Position numbers and translations under genes: made by a program. A DNA stretch of 64,000 nt from a virus. This document shows, in pieces, positions 10,064 through 20,148 of the stretch. Where the stretch lies: IMG/VR virus record IMGVR_UViG_3300044819_000016, positions 19,042 through 83,041 of that record; one strand, given 5' to 3'. Below the pieces are notes generated by a model, which was given only the letters and a program-made list of their open reading frames with translations, made no database searches and was not told where the DNA came from. Positions within the stretch are counted from its first letter, which is position 1, and every line of letters begins with the position of its first letter.

Positions 10064-12330
10064 TGCCGACCCCGAATCTCGCTGCCCGCGCCCGGATGAT
10101 CCAGAGCTTCCGCGCCAACTCCGCCAATCACGCCGACTGGATCCGTCGGCGGGACGCCATGCACCGTGGCGACCAGGACAAGTCCACGCCCGAGCGGAAC
10201 GCCCCGGCTCACTTCAACGCCCCCGGGAAGGCGTCGGTTGATGAGAAGGCGTCCGGGAAGGTCACATCCCGCGACGCCGCCCCGAAGGTCACCAACTCGG
10301 GCTCCCAGCAGGCTTCGTCCAAGACGACTGCCAAGGTCGCCGCGCCGTCCAAGTCTGTGCAGGAGAAGGCCGACCCGGAGCGGGCGACCGAAGCGGCTCG
10401 CCATGACCCGGTGGCGCATACCGCCGACACGGCGCAGCCGTCACGTCCGGCGCCGGCCAAGTCCCCCGAGCGCGCCCCCGAGCCGGCGGCACGCCCCGCG
10501 GCCACCCCGGCCAAGGCCCCTGCGCCCTCGCAGGCGCCCCGCGCCGCCGTCCAGGCTGCGCCGGCCCCCTCGGCCAAGCCGAACGCCGTGGCGGCGAAGC
10601 CAGCGGCCCCCGGCGCCACGTCCGGGGCCGCCGTCCCGAACACCAAGATGGCTCTGAACCCGAAGGCTGTACCCGCTGCCACCCCTGCCGCCGCCGCGCC
10701 GCCCGCGGCCGGCTCCTCCCGGCTCCTCCCGGCGACCAAGGGCCAGATGCCGCTCTCTCGCCTGCCGCCCGCGACGGGCCCGGGATCGCCCCAGAGTTTC
10801 CTCCCACTCGCTCAGTCGATTGTCGCGAAAGGTGGGCTCCCTGGTCTGCCCCTCGCACCTCCTCGGATCGGCCCGGACGGCAAGCCGACGTCGCCCCTCT
10901 CGACGACCACCCTGACCCCGGCGACCCTCCAGGCCGTCGCGCAGCACGTCGCCGCCACGGGCCCGGGGGCATCTCACCTCACCCAGAGCGTCCAGAACGG
11001 CGTCCAGCCGCCGCTGTTCGGGCCCGGGAACAAGATCCTGCCGGCCAAGATCCTGAGCCCGGCAGAGCGCGCCCAGGCCATCCAGGCGTTCCAGAAGGGC
11101 GGACCCAACCGGGACGTCGACTGGCTCCGTGACCGCGCGCGCCTCGCGCAGACCGTTCAGACCGGCGCGCCGCCGGCCCAGGCTGCCGCTGCCGCCGTCA
11201 AGGCCGCCATCCCGGCGTCCGTTGCCGCCGCCGCGCCGGTCACCGCAACGAGCGCCGCCCCTGTGACGGCCGCTGCTGCGCCCGCGCCCGTGGTGCCTCC
11301 GGTTCCCGCCGCCGCGCCGATCGCCCCTCCGGTGGCGGCCGCTGCCCCCGCGCCGTCCGATCTCACGATCCCGGCCGCCGCGCCGGCCCCGGTCGCGCCC
11401 CCCTCGGACCTCACGATCCCCGCGGTCGCGGCTCCAGACGTCGCCCCCACCCCGCCCGCGGTGGCCCTGCCGCCCGTGGTCGCCGCCCCGGCGGCCCCGG
11501 ACGCATCCCAGATCGCGCCACCCGTGGCCGCGCCCGATCAGTCCGCCCTCACCATCCCGACGGACAACTCGGTCGCCCCGGCGCCGGTGGACGCCTCGGC
11601 CCCGGTGGCGCCGCCCGTGCCGGTCCCGGCCCAGGATGATCAGACGCTCCTGGCCCAAGCCATCGCCGCCTCGCCGCCGCCCCCGCCGGCAGTCGAGCCC
11701 TACGCCTACGTCGCGCCGGTGCAGGATCAGAGCATCGCACCGGACGCGGTGGCGCCGGTTCCCGTGGAAGCACCGGCTCCCACGGTGGCACCGGACGTCA
11801 CGGTGCCGGCCCCCGCGGCGCCCGCGGCGGCTCCTCCCGCGCCTGCCACCCCTGCCGGCCCCTCGGACGCCGACATCCAGGCCGCGCTCCAGGCGTCCCA
11901 GGCTGTCCAGCCCACTACCACGCCGCCGGCCGACACCAGCACCCCGGCTGTTCCAGCTCCCGACACGTCCACCCCGGCGACGCCCGCGCCGGCTCCCGAC
12001 ACGTCGGCGCCCCCGGCCGCCCCGGCGCCGGCCCCCGCGGCGTCCCCTTCGGACGACTCCTCCAACCTCGCCGCCGCGATCCAGGCGGCAGCCGCTCCCC
12101 AGCCGGCCCCGGCTCCTCAGCCGTCGGCAGGCGCTGCCGCCCCCGCGGCCACCCCGGCGTCACCCGACACCAGCACCCCGCCGCCGGCTCCCGCCGCCCC
12201 GAAGTTCGACGTCGAGCACCCGACCGGGTACTCGGATGACGATCTCCAGGCGGCTCTCCGCGCCCAGCGCGCCGCGATGTACGGGCCCGGGACGACCTCG
12301 GGCACCTCCAACCAGGGGCTCGCCTACTGA
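10063..12330 (+). CDS. Pro/Ala-rich low-complexity protein (putative internal virion/ejection protein)
   Basis: 755 aa, TAATG overlap, coupled to both neighbours. Confidence 0.6.
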   Translation: MPTPNLAARARMIQSFRANSANHADWIRRRDAMHRGDQDKSTPERNAPAHFNAPGKASVDEKASGKVTSRDAAPKVTNSGSQQASSKTTAKVAAPSKSVQEKADPERATEAARHDPVAHTADTAQPSRPAPAKSPERAPEPAARPAATPAKAPAPSQAPRAAVQAAPAPSAKPNAVAAKPAAPGATSGAAVPNTKMALNPKAVPAATPAAAAPPAAGSSRLLPATKGQMPLSRLPPATGPGSPQSFLPLAQSIVAKGGLPGLPLAPPRIGPDGKPTSPLSTTTLTPATLQAVAQHVAATGPGASHLTQSVQNGVQPPLFGPGNKILPAKILSPAERAQAIQAFQKGGPNRDVDWLRDRARLAQTVQTGAPPAQAAAAAVKAAIPASVAAAAPVTATSAAPVTAAAAPAPVVPPVPAAAPIAPPVAAAAPAPSDLTIPAAAPAPVAPPSDLTIPAVAAPDVAPTPPAVALPPVVAAPAAPDASQIAPPVAAPDQSALTIPTDNSVAPAPVDASAPVAPPVPVPAQDDQTLLAQAIAASPPPPPAVEPYAYVAPVQDQSIAPDAVAPVPVEAPAPTVAPDVTVPAPAAPAAAPPAPATPAGPSDADIQAALQASQAVQPTTTPPADTSTPAVPAPDTSTPATPAPAPDTSAPPAAPAPAPAASPSDDSSNLAAAIQAAAAPQPAPAPQPSAGAAAPAATPASPDTSTPPPAPAAPKFDVEHPTGYSDDDLQAALRAQRAAMYGPGTTSGTSNQGLAY

Positions 12331-14732
12331 TGGCCTACCTCGACCCAGCTACCGGCAACTGGATCAATGACGATGGGACCGTTGCGCCCGGCGGAATGGT
12401 CAACCAGCAGCAGGCGGACAACACGCCGCCGCTGATCCCGCCGCCGCCCGATCCGAACGTGCCCCCCGCGCCCACCTTCGGGCCCGAGGAGCAGACCGGG
12501 GATCGGGCACCATCGCTGACGTTCAATCCTCAGCCGGGCCCGAATGACGTCCTCCCCCCGGGCTACGGGCAGACCGGCGCGAACGGGATGCCCCTCGTCG
12601 ACATCCCCGGGACGGACATCCCCGAGCCCGGGCAGGGCCCCGCAGTGCCGCCACCTCCGATGGCGACCGGCGAGGAGGGCCCGACGGCGACGCCAGGCGA
12701 TCCGACCCTGAAATTCGGGAGCGACATGGTCCCCCCGGACGCTGGCCCGACCGCCATCCCCGGCGAGCCCAGCCCTCCGAAATTCGGGACCGACATCCTT
12801 CCGGGCGAGCCGACGGCGACGCCGGGCGAGCCCGTGGTCAAGACGGGCGCCGACATGGCTCCGATGTCCCCGGACGACATGGTTCCCCAGGAGACCGGCG
12901 GCGATCTCCAGCCGTCGGCGAGCATGCAACTCCCCGAGCCGGCGCTCGGCGGCGCTCCGCCCGCTGGCCCGAGCCTTGGGCTGCCGCCCCTCTCCGGGCC
13001 TGGCGTGCCGCCTGCCGATCTGCAACTGACGCCCCCGGGCGCCCCCACCATCGCGGGCGCCCCGAGCCCGGAGAGTCCCATCGGCGCCCCCGAGGGCGGA
13101 CCCGTCCAGCCCGGCACCAAGGAGGATCTCCTCGGAGAAGCCGTCACGAACCGCCAGGCGCAGGAGAAACTCGACGAGGATAAGGCGCGGACGACCGCCG
13201 CCTCGGCGAACAAGATCGCCGAGATTCGATCTCAAGCGGCGAAGGCCGCCCAGCTGATCATCAACCAGGGACAGAGCGATCTCGCGACCGCCCGCCAGCA
13301 GCAGAAGGACGACTACGACAAGTATCGCGAGATGGGCGAGAAATCCGTGTGGGGCGACAACCCGACGCGGAACATGGTCCTCGCCGGGATCGCGGCCATC
13401 GTCGGGGCTCGCCTTGGCCTCGGATACAAGCTGGCCGGCGCCATCGTCATCACCGCAGTCAACCGGCTGGAGGAGGAGAAGAAGATCGCGATCGCTCAGC
13501 AGGGGAAGCTGCTGGAGCAGGACGGAAAGAACGTCGAGCAGGTCCAGGCCATCGCCGACAAGAAACTCGCCAACTGGCAGGTCCAGAAGGCCGCGGGGCT
13601 CGACGCCACCGTTGCGCGCGCCGAGGCAGAGATGGCGGCGAAGGGGATCCCCCAGGCCCAGATCGACGCGAACAAGGACATCATCCTCCTGAAGCAGGCC
13701 GCCGAGGACGCGAAAGAAAAGGCCGACATCCAGGCGCACAAGGTCGCCGAGGACAAGATCAAGGACGAGCTTGCGGCGCGCAAGGCGCAGGCCCAGATCG
13801 ATCTCGACGAGGCCAACGCGCGGAAGGCCGACCGCTGGCCGAACAAGAAGGCCGGTGGCGGCGGTGGCGGCGGTGGCCCGTCGATGGACGATGCGGTGAT
13901 CAAGTGGAAGAAGATCGTCCAGGACGGCGTCGCCGATCCGACCACCGAGAGTGGGCGCCGCCCGTTGACGCCGGCCGAGAAGGATCAGGCGGCGAAGGAT
14001 CTTCACATCCCGCTCATGGGGAAGCCGAACACCATCAACGCGGCGGCTCTCGACAAGGAAGTCGCGTTCGATGCGAGCCAGAAGCGCCAGGAGAGCCGAG
14101 CGGGCCTCCAGAATGAGAAGCAGCTTTCGAAGGAAGCTGAATCCTGGGCGCGGACCAACGACGTCAAGAAGATCACGGAGGCACAGGCCGAGCTTGGGAA
14201 GCTTCACAAGGTGCTCCAGGACAACCCGCACAATCCCGAGGCCCAGGCCCTTGGGCTCGAAAGCGCCGTCGCGGCGGCACGTCACGGCGTCGCATCGAAG
14301 CAGGCCCTGAACCTCGCGCTGCAACACCTCGGCGGCACACTGGACACCGCCGGAGGCATCATCGCCGGAGTCAGGTCGGGCGAAATCGGCCCCGGCCAGA
14401 TGAAGAACTTCAACGACTTCCTCAACGGCCAGATCAGCGCCGTGCAGGCCGAAGGGCGCGCAAAGTACGATGCCTTCAACAAGTACGCTGACTCTCAGTC
14501 GCCGGCACTGCGCCAGTCCCTGATCTCCCAGCGCGGCCGCCTGTTCTCCGGGATGGACGGATTCGGCGGCCAAACCGGAAACGCAATGAACGCCGCCGCC
14601 GCACCGAAGACAATCCCGATCCGCACGCTCAAAGACGAACTGCTCAGGAAGAAGGCGCTCGCGACGCTGCCGAATGACCCGTTCTATGCGACCGCGCAGC
14701 AGTGGCTCGCCACCCATGGTGTCGCGCAATGA
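12330..14732 (+). CDS. Putative internal virion/ejection protein (Pro-rich N-terminus, hydrophobic segment, coiled coil)
   Basis: 800 aa; MVLAGIAAIVGARLGLG hydrophobic stretch followed by a charged helical region. Confidence 0.6.
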   Translation: MAYLDPATGNWINDDGTVAPGGMVNQQQADNTPPLIPPPPDPNVPPAPTFGPEEQTGDRAPSLTFNPQPGPNDVLPPGYGQTGANGMPLVDIPGTDIPEPGQGPAVPPPPMATGEEGPTATPGDPTLKFGSDMVPPDAGPTAIPGEPSPPKFGTDILPGEPTATPGEPVVKTGADMAPMSPDDMVPQETGGDLQPSASMQLPEPALGGAPPAGPSLGLPPLSGPGVPPADLQLTPPGAPTIAGAPSPESPIGAPEGGPVQPGTKEDLLGEAVTNRQAQEKLDEDKARTTAASANKIAEIRSQAAKAAQLIINQGQSDLATARQQQKDDYDKYREMGEKSVWGDNPTRNMVLAGIAAIVGARLGLGYKLAGAIVITAVNRLEEEKKIAIAQQGKLLEQDGKNVEQVQAIADKKLANWQVQKAAGLDATVARAEAEMAAKGIPQAQIDANKDIILLKQAAEDAKEKADIQAHKVAEDKIKDELAARKAQAQIDLDEANARKADRWPNKKAGGGGGGGGPSMDDAVIKWKKIVQDGVADPTTESGRRPLTPAEKDQAAKDLHIPLMGKPNTINAAALDKEVAFDASQKRQESRAGLQNEKQLSKEAESWARTNDVKKITEAQAELGKLHKVLQDNPHNPEAQALGLESAVAAARHGVASKQALNLALQHLGGTLDTAGGIIAGVRSGEIGPGQMKNFNDFLNGQISAVQAEGRAKYDAFNKYADSQSPALRQSLISQRGRLFSGMDGFGGQTGNAMNAAAAPKTIPIRTLKDELLRKKALATLPNDPFYATAQQWLATHGVAQ

Positions 14733-17491
14733 CCGACCCGTTCGCCGCTGACCTGGCGGCCAAGGGAATCGGCGGCGCGGACGACGACGTCGATCCCGAA
14801 ACCCCCTGGCTCAAGAAGGGCTACAAGCCCGATCCCTTCGCCGCTGACCTGGCGGCCAAGGGCGTCGGCCTTGCGCCCGACGACACCTCGCGGAAGTTCC
14901 CGAACAACACTGGGCCCGACGTCGATCTGCGTCTAAAGGAGGAGGCCGCAGCCGCCGCGCCGCCGTCCATTGCGCATGACATCGGGCAGAGCTTCGCGAA
15001 CTTCGGGTCAACTGTCGCGAAGGGCGCGGGCGCCGCCGCGCGCCTGGCATCGCCGCTCGGCACGGACGACAAGGGGGGCATCGGGCTCCACATCCCGTTC
15101 TCCGATCTGAGTCAGGCCCCCTACCGCCGAGAAGCCGAGCGTGGCGTCTCCGACGTCGTCACCGGCGGACTGGCGGAGCGCGTCGCCAACTCGCTGGATC
15201 CTGCCTTCGCCGCGTCCGGCGAGTCCGACAAAGCCGCCGCCCCGGGTGTCCGTGAAGCCGCGCAACTTGGCGGCTCGGTCCTCCCAAGCCCATTCCGCTG
15301 GCTCGGGGAGCAGGCCGCACCCGTCGCAGGGGCCCTGGCAGAGCGCGCAGGGGCCGGGAACGTCGTCCAAGCCGCTACCCGCGGGGCGGCCGCCTACGAG
15401 GGGCAGGCGGTTCCCCTGGCGGTTGTAGCGGCACCTGACGGTCGTCGCATGGACGCCGCGGAGCGCGCGGCTCTAGATCCTGCCGGGCTCGCCCTGGCCG
15501 CCGGGGCCCCCGCCGCCACCGAGGCAGCCACGAGCACTGATGCCATCGCCGCCGCCAAGGCTCGGATGATCCAGGCGGCGCGCCGGTACGCCGTGAAGGA
15601 TCTGGGTACGGACATCACAAGCGCCGACGGCGTCCGGGCCCGCGTCACGGACCAGAAGCGGATCGCCGAGGTCAACGACCGCCTGTTCAACACCGTCTCG
15701 CAACTCGACAAGGAGCAGCCTGGGTTCCGGAATGTGTTCCGAAAGCCGGCCTCCAAGGCGATCCCGAGGGTCGAGCAGGTCCTCCAGGACACGATGGCCC
15801 CCCGCGACGGGCTCTACCAGGAACTGGACGCGGCGTCAGTCGCCCCAAAGCCGATCCGCCGCGCGAACGAAGGGGCCATCCCGGAAACCATCGAGAACGA
15901 AGCCCCGACTGGCCGCATCGAGGACCCGAATTTCTCCCCGCCGGCAACCACGCTGAACAGCGGCGAGGACCATTTCGTCGAGGGCGCCAACGCCGACCGC
16001 CCCGAATCCCCATCGAGCCTCCGAACGACAGCAACCCACAACGCCGTGATCGACTATCCCGGGCGCCGCGCTGCCGGCGAGACCGGGTACGTACCGGTCG
16101 GCGACGAGGTCCTCCCGCATCGCGCCGAGGACGCTGTTCCTGTCTATCCGTACGAGGTAGCGCCTGGAGACATCATCTCGGAAGCTGCCGCGAAGGGCGG
16201 CGCTATGCGGCTTGTCGATCCGTATGAGGTAGCGCCTGGAGACATCATCTCGGAAGCCGACGCGCCCAAGGGTGGCGTCCGTCACCGCCAGGCCGCGCGC
16301 GCTGTTCCTGTAGCGCCTGGAGACATCATCTCGGAAGCTGACGCGCCCAAGGCCGCGCGCGCTGTTCCTGTCGATCCGTACGAGGTAGCGCCTGGAGACA
16401 TCATCTCGGAAGCCGACGCGCCCAAGGGTGGCGTCCTCCTGAAGGACATCATCGAGGGTCACCGCCAGGCCGCGCGCGATGCCGTCACTGCCGCGAAGGG
16501 CGGCGGCACGTTCGGCGAGCCCGACGCTTCCAGGTTCAACTATCGCGCCGACCAGTTCGACCGGATCTATGGCAAGGACCTCCCGCCGAAGGTCGATCCT
16601 GACTTCGTGATCGACAAGAAGAGTGGGATGACGGCAGGCAAGATGCTGGAGATCCTGAATCGTCGTCCTGACGCCCCTGGCATCCCGGAGGAAATTCAGA
16701 GGATCGAGAAGCTGGCGACGGTCCCCGGCGGACGAGACCCCGATGTCAGGGTCCCCGCGCTTCACTTCCGCAAGGAGGTCACGGAGAGCGGTAAGGCTGC
16801 CGAGTCTGTCCTTGGTGGCCTCGAAGGAACGCCGCGATTCGAGGCCCTCTCAAAGCTTCACGAGGTCGGTCAGAACATCCTCAACAAGCACATCGACGAG
16901 TCGGGCATGGATCCCAACCGGATCGCCCAGCTTCGCGCGATGAACGACCGCTATTTCCTGCTGAAGCGTGCGCAGAACGCCATGGAGTCGCGCGGCTGGA
17001 AAGAAGCGAACCGACCAGGTTGGAGGCTCCCACACACGATCCGCTCCGCCGAGGCTGGTGGGCTCGCCAGCATTGCCACCTACGGTGGGTTTCATCCACA
17101 CGCCATCGCACCCCTGCTTGCGACCTACGGAATCGCCCACACACTCCCGGCGATCGCGAACCGTGTGAACTGGAGGATCGCCAACATGGAACCATCTGTT
17201 CCAGGGATGCTCCCACCGGAGCCGCGAGGTCCTGTCGACGGGCGCCTGCTGCTTGGACTCCCGAACCGGCTGGCGCGCACCGCGAGCGACACCTCGATGG
17301 CCAATGTCGCCGCCGCCGACCGCGTGCCTCAGATTGTCGGCCAGGAGGACAAGGAGAACGATCCGAACCTGGGCGCCGGCCCGTTCGCCTCCCCGGACGA
17401 TCTTCAGGACCTGGCGAAGCAGGCGATTGGCGATCCCGACGCCACGCCCGCCGAGAAGGCCCGAGCCCTCCAGATCCTCCGGGGGCAATAA
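14729..17491 (+). CDS. Large putative ejection protein with internal tandem repeats
   Basis: 920 aa; DPFAADLAAKG x2; VAPGDIISEA x4. Confidence 0.6.
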   Translation: MTDPFAADLAAKGIGGADDDVDPETPWLKKGYKPDPFAADLAAKGVGLAPDDTSRKFPNNTGPDVDLRLKEEAAAAAPPSIAHDIGQSFANFGSTVAKGAGAAARLASPLGTDDKGGIGLHIPFSDLSQAPYRREAERGVSDVVTGGLAERVANSLDPAFAASGESDKAAAPGVREAAQLGGSVLPSPFRWLGEQAAPVAGALAERAGAGNVVQAATRGAAAYEGQAVPLAVVAAPDGRRMDAAERAALDPAGLALAAGAPAATEAATSTDAIAAAKARMIQAARRYAVKDLGTDITSADGVRARVTDQKRIAEVNDRLFNTVSQLDKEQPGFRNVFRKPASKAIPRVEQVLQDTMAPRDGLYQELDAASVAPKPIRRANEGAIPETIENEAPTGRIEDPNFSPPATTLNSGEDHFVEGANADRPESPSSLRTTATHNAVIDYPGRRAAGETGYVPVGDEVLPHRAEDAVPVYPYEVAPGDIISEAAAKGGAMRLVDPYEVAPGDIISEADAPKGGVRHRQAARAVPVAPGDIISEADAPKAARAVPVDPYEVAPGDIISEADAPKGGVLLKDIIEGHRQAARDAVTAAKGGGTFGEPDASRFNYRADQFDRIYGKDLPPKVDPDFVIDKKSGMTAGKMLEILNRRPDAPGIPEEIQRIEKLATVPGGRDPDVRVPALHFRKEVTESGKAAESVLGGLEGTPRFEALSKLHEVGQNILNKHIDESGMDPNRIAQLRAMNDRYFLLKRAQNAMESRGWKEANRPGWRLPHTIRSAEAGGLASIATYGGFHPHAIAPLLATYGIAHTLPAIANRVNWRIANMEPSVPGMLPPEPRGPVDGRLLLGLPNRLARTASDTSMANVAAADRVPQIVGQEDKENDPNLGAGPFASPDDLQDLAKQAIGDPDATPAEKARALQILRGQ
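16130..16480 (+). repeat. Intragenic mosaic tandem repeat, four copies of GTAGCGCCTGGAGACATCATCTCGGAAGC
   Basis: Near-identical DNA copies seen directly; reading frame is preserved. Confidence 0.9.
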
Positions 17492-18345
17492 TGGGCAAGT
17501 ACGCAGCCCTGTTCGCGGCCCCTCCCGATGACAGCCTGAAACTCCCCACCTACGCCCCGCCAGAAGACCAGGCCGGCCCGGTGAGCCCCGAAAGCCAAGC
17601 CTGGGCCATGTCCCCCCCAGTGCAGACCGCGAACGCCCAGGCGCGCCTGGAGGGCGGCCAGGGGACATGGGAGGATCGCAAACTCCTCGGGAAGTCAGTC
17701 CCGACCGATCAGGACGAAGGCCGGGAATTCGCCAAGTTCGCCGCCCGCGCCGCTGCGGGTGAACTGGCGGCCCCGCTCATCGGCAAAGGAGTCTCGGCCA
17801 TCGCCGCGAGGGTCAGGGCCATCCAGGCCGCCCGCGCTGGAGCCGGCGCCATGCCCCCGATCGAGGAGGCCGCCGAGCCCATGGTCGCCCTCAACGCCCA
17901 GGGATCGAAGGGCGGCGCCGTTGACTTGGCCTCGCGACTGGCGGCGAAGCAAGCCGCCGAGGACTGGGCGAAAGAGCAGGCCACCGGCCAACTCGACTAT
18001 GAGCCGGCGCCAGCCCAGCCCGATGGACTCGCCGAGCATGGTCTCCAGATGCACACGTGGCAGCCGTTCAAGGACGACGAGGTTTTCAGCAAGTGGAAGG
18101 CGACGCCAGAATTCAACGGTGTCGGTCTCGTGCAGAAGGACGATCCATCGAAGTTCGTCGCCATCCATCGCTCGACGAAGGAGCCCGGGAAGTGGCAGGC
18201 ATCAAGCTTCGACGATCAAGGCGCCGTGGGCGACAGCATCCGCGACAATCCAGACGAGCTACTTCAGGACTACAGCCACAAGTGGTACAACCCGGTCGCG
18301 CTGAAGACAGTTGGCGCCCCGGTCGATCCCGAAGAACAGCCCTAG
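17491..18345 (+). CDS. Hypothetical protein (putative virion-associated)
   Basis: TAATG overlap; 284 aa starting MGKYAALF. Confidence 0.6.
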   Translation: MGKYAALFAAPPDDSLKLPTYAPPEDQAGPVSPESQAWAMSPPVQTANAQARLEGGQGTWEDRKLLGKSVPTDQDEGREFAKFAARAAAGELAAPLIGKGVSAIAARVRAIQAARAGAGAMPPIEEAAEPMVALNAQGSKGGAVDLASRLAAKQAAEDWAKEQATGQLDYEPAPAQPDGLAEHGLQMHTWQPFKDDEVFSKWKATPEFNGVGLVQKDDPSKFVAIHRSTKEPGKWQASSFDDQGAVGDSIRDNPDELLQDYSHKWYNPVALKTVGAPVDPEEQP

Positions 18346-19307
18346 TCGCCGGCCATGATCCGGTCGGTCTCGGTGCTCTCGGTCGATGCAGATCCAGGCG
18401 TCTTGGGCTTCGGAGGCTTGGGCGCCAAGGAGACCATGTCCTTCTTGAACATCGCTTGAAGTGCGACCCCAAGCGCCCGGGATGTGACGTCCTCCTGCTG
18501 CTTCAGGATTCGAAGGACCTGTTCCTTCCGAATGGAGAGCCTGAATTTCGGCTCGACGCCGTTTTTGCGGGCCAACTGAGTCTCGATTCCCTGCTGGCAG
18601 CGCGCGTAGGTGAGCGGGTACATGTCGGCGAACGCCCGCACCATGTCGCGGCTGAGAGCGTATTCGCCGACTGCTTCCATGATGACTCCGACCGGGTCGC
18701 AGGCCACGGACCAGAGGCGCCGAAAGCGTGCGACGTCGCTGTGCGCCGGCATCTCGTCCACCGGGCCCTGGATTCCCTCGTGCGTCCGCTTGGGGACCTT
18801 GCCGAGGAGGTACGTCTGGATCTTATCGGCGATCTCGTTGGCGGCGAACGCCGTGTCGGCGTGCTCCCCGAACGCGCCCATGATCGCGGCGGTGTGCTTC
18901 GGCAGCGGCGGCGTCTTGAGATCCTCGACGACCTTCTGGAAGTCGAACGGCTGGAGCTTGGCCACCGGCAACGGCTCGTCGCTGCCGATGAACTTGTACA
19001 ACTCCCGGTCAATCTCGGCGCCCAGCTTGGCGGCCCGGTCGAGATGGTAGAGGTGGACCCGTTTCAGGGTCTTGTCGGCGAACGGCTCGATGCCGAGGAC
19101 CGCGACCATCGCCTCGACTGCGGCAGGATCGGCGGCCGGCGGCGGCGGCTTGGTCGGATCGGGGGGCGGCGGAATCTCACCGGGCCCGAGGTCATCCGGG
19201 GGCGCCGCATCTGGCGGCAGAGCATCGGCCAGCGGCGCGGGCGGCTCTTCGGGCGCCGCGTCAGGTGCAGGCAATTCAGCGGGAATCGGGGGCGGTGCAA
19301 CGCTCAT
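18342..19307 (-). CDS. Hypothetical helical protein, the only clear minus-strand gene
   Basis: Protein-like composition and C/G-ending codons on the minus strand; converges with the previous gene at CTAG; fills an otherwise empty 1 kb. Confidence 0.75.
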   Translation of the reverse strand: MSVAPPPIPAELPAPDAAPEEPPAPLADALPPDAAPPDDLGPGEIPPPPDPTKPPPPAADPAAVEAMVAVLGIEPFADKTLKRVHLYHLDRAAKLGAEIDRELYKFIGSDEPLPVAKLQPFDFQKVVEDLKTPPLPKHTAAIMGAFGEHADTAFAANEIADKIQTYLLGKVPKRTHEGIQGPVDEMPAHSDVARFRRLWSVACDPVGVIMEAVGEYALSRDMVRAFADMYPLTYARCQQGIETQLARKNGVEPKFRLSIRKEQVLRILKQQEDVTSRALGVALQAMFKKDMVSLAPKPPKPKTPGSASTESTETDRIMAGD

Positions 19308-19345
19308 GAATGGGCCATCGCGATCGGACTGGCCCAACCGAGCCC

Positions 19346-19726
19346 ATGAGCAAACCCCGGGTCACAACCCAGATTGTCACCAATGCGAACCTCGGTGCTC
19401 AGCCGATCGTGTCCTCGATCATCGACACCTGGCAGGTTGACGCCGGTAGCCTTGAGATTCAAGCCTCCGGCTCTGGGATCACCGGCACCCTGACCATCGA
19501 AGCGTCGAATCAGTACGATCCGAAGACGAACCCAACGCCGACCTTCGTCCCTCTGACAACCACACCTGTCACTCCCGCATTCTCTGCACTCGGTGGGACA
19601 GGAGGAAGCTTCATCTACAGCTTCCTGCCGCCCGCTCTCGCGCCCAGGTTCATCCGGCTCCGCTTCGCTGGCGGTGGTGGCTCCGGGACGCTCAACGTCT
19701 TCGCCAACGTGACCGGGGCCGCCTGA
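19346..19726 (+). CDS. Small beta-sandwich-like protein, paralog 1 of 4
   Basis: EASNQYDPKTNPTPTF and RFIRLRF...GSG motifs. Confidence 0.75.
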   Translation: MSKPRVTTQIVTNANLGAQPIVSSIIDTWQVDAGSLEIQASGSGITGTLTIEASNQYDPKTNPTPTFVPLTTTPVTPAFSALGGTGGSFIYSFLPPALAPRFIRLRFAGGGGSGTLNVFANVTGAA

Positions 19727-20148
19727 TGTCGAGGCTCCTGCTCTACCAGCCCGTGATCCAGTCGTTCGGGACGAACAACGCCAACGGCACCGTGGCGTTG
19801 CTGTCGCCGGTGATCGAGGTCTGGCCCTACTACTTCCTGTCGGCCGAGGCGAAATGGACGGGGACCCCCTCGGGAACGTTCTCCTGGGAGGCGTCGAACC
19901 AGTACCACCCGATCACGAACCCGAACGCGACGTTCGTTACGATCGATTCTTCCTTCGTCCAGTTCATCGGAAGGATCGGCGGATCGACGTCGCCAGCCGG
20001 ATCGGCCGGATCGAGCTTCACGTCCGTCAACCTGTTCGGCTCGCAGACCATCGCCGCGCTCGGGACCAGGTGGCTTCGGCTCCGCTACACCAATGCATCT
20101 GGCGCCGGCCCACTCGACGTCTGGTTCTCAGCAGAAGGGTACGACTAA
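19726..20148 (+). CDS. Small beta-sandwich-like protein, paralog 2 of 4
   Basis: EASNQYHPITNPNATF and RWLRLRYTNASGAG motifs. Confidence 0.75.
   Translation: MSRLLLYQPVIQSFGTNNANGTVALLSPVIEVWPYYFLSAEAKWTGTPSGTFSWEASNQYHPITNPNATFVTIDSSFVQFIGRIGGSTSPAGSAGSSFTSVNLFGSQTIAALGTRWLRLRYTNASGAGPLDVWFSAEGYD

Noticed and set aside
12324-14729. Long minus-strand ORFs (also 6807-8288, 26410-28266, 39470-40957)
   Set aside because: These are antisense shadows of + strand genes, expected with strong GC3 bias; they have no motifs or RBS.
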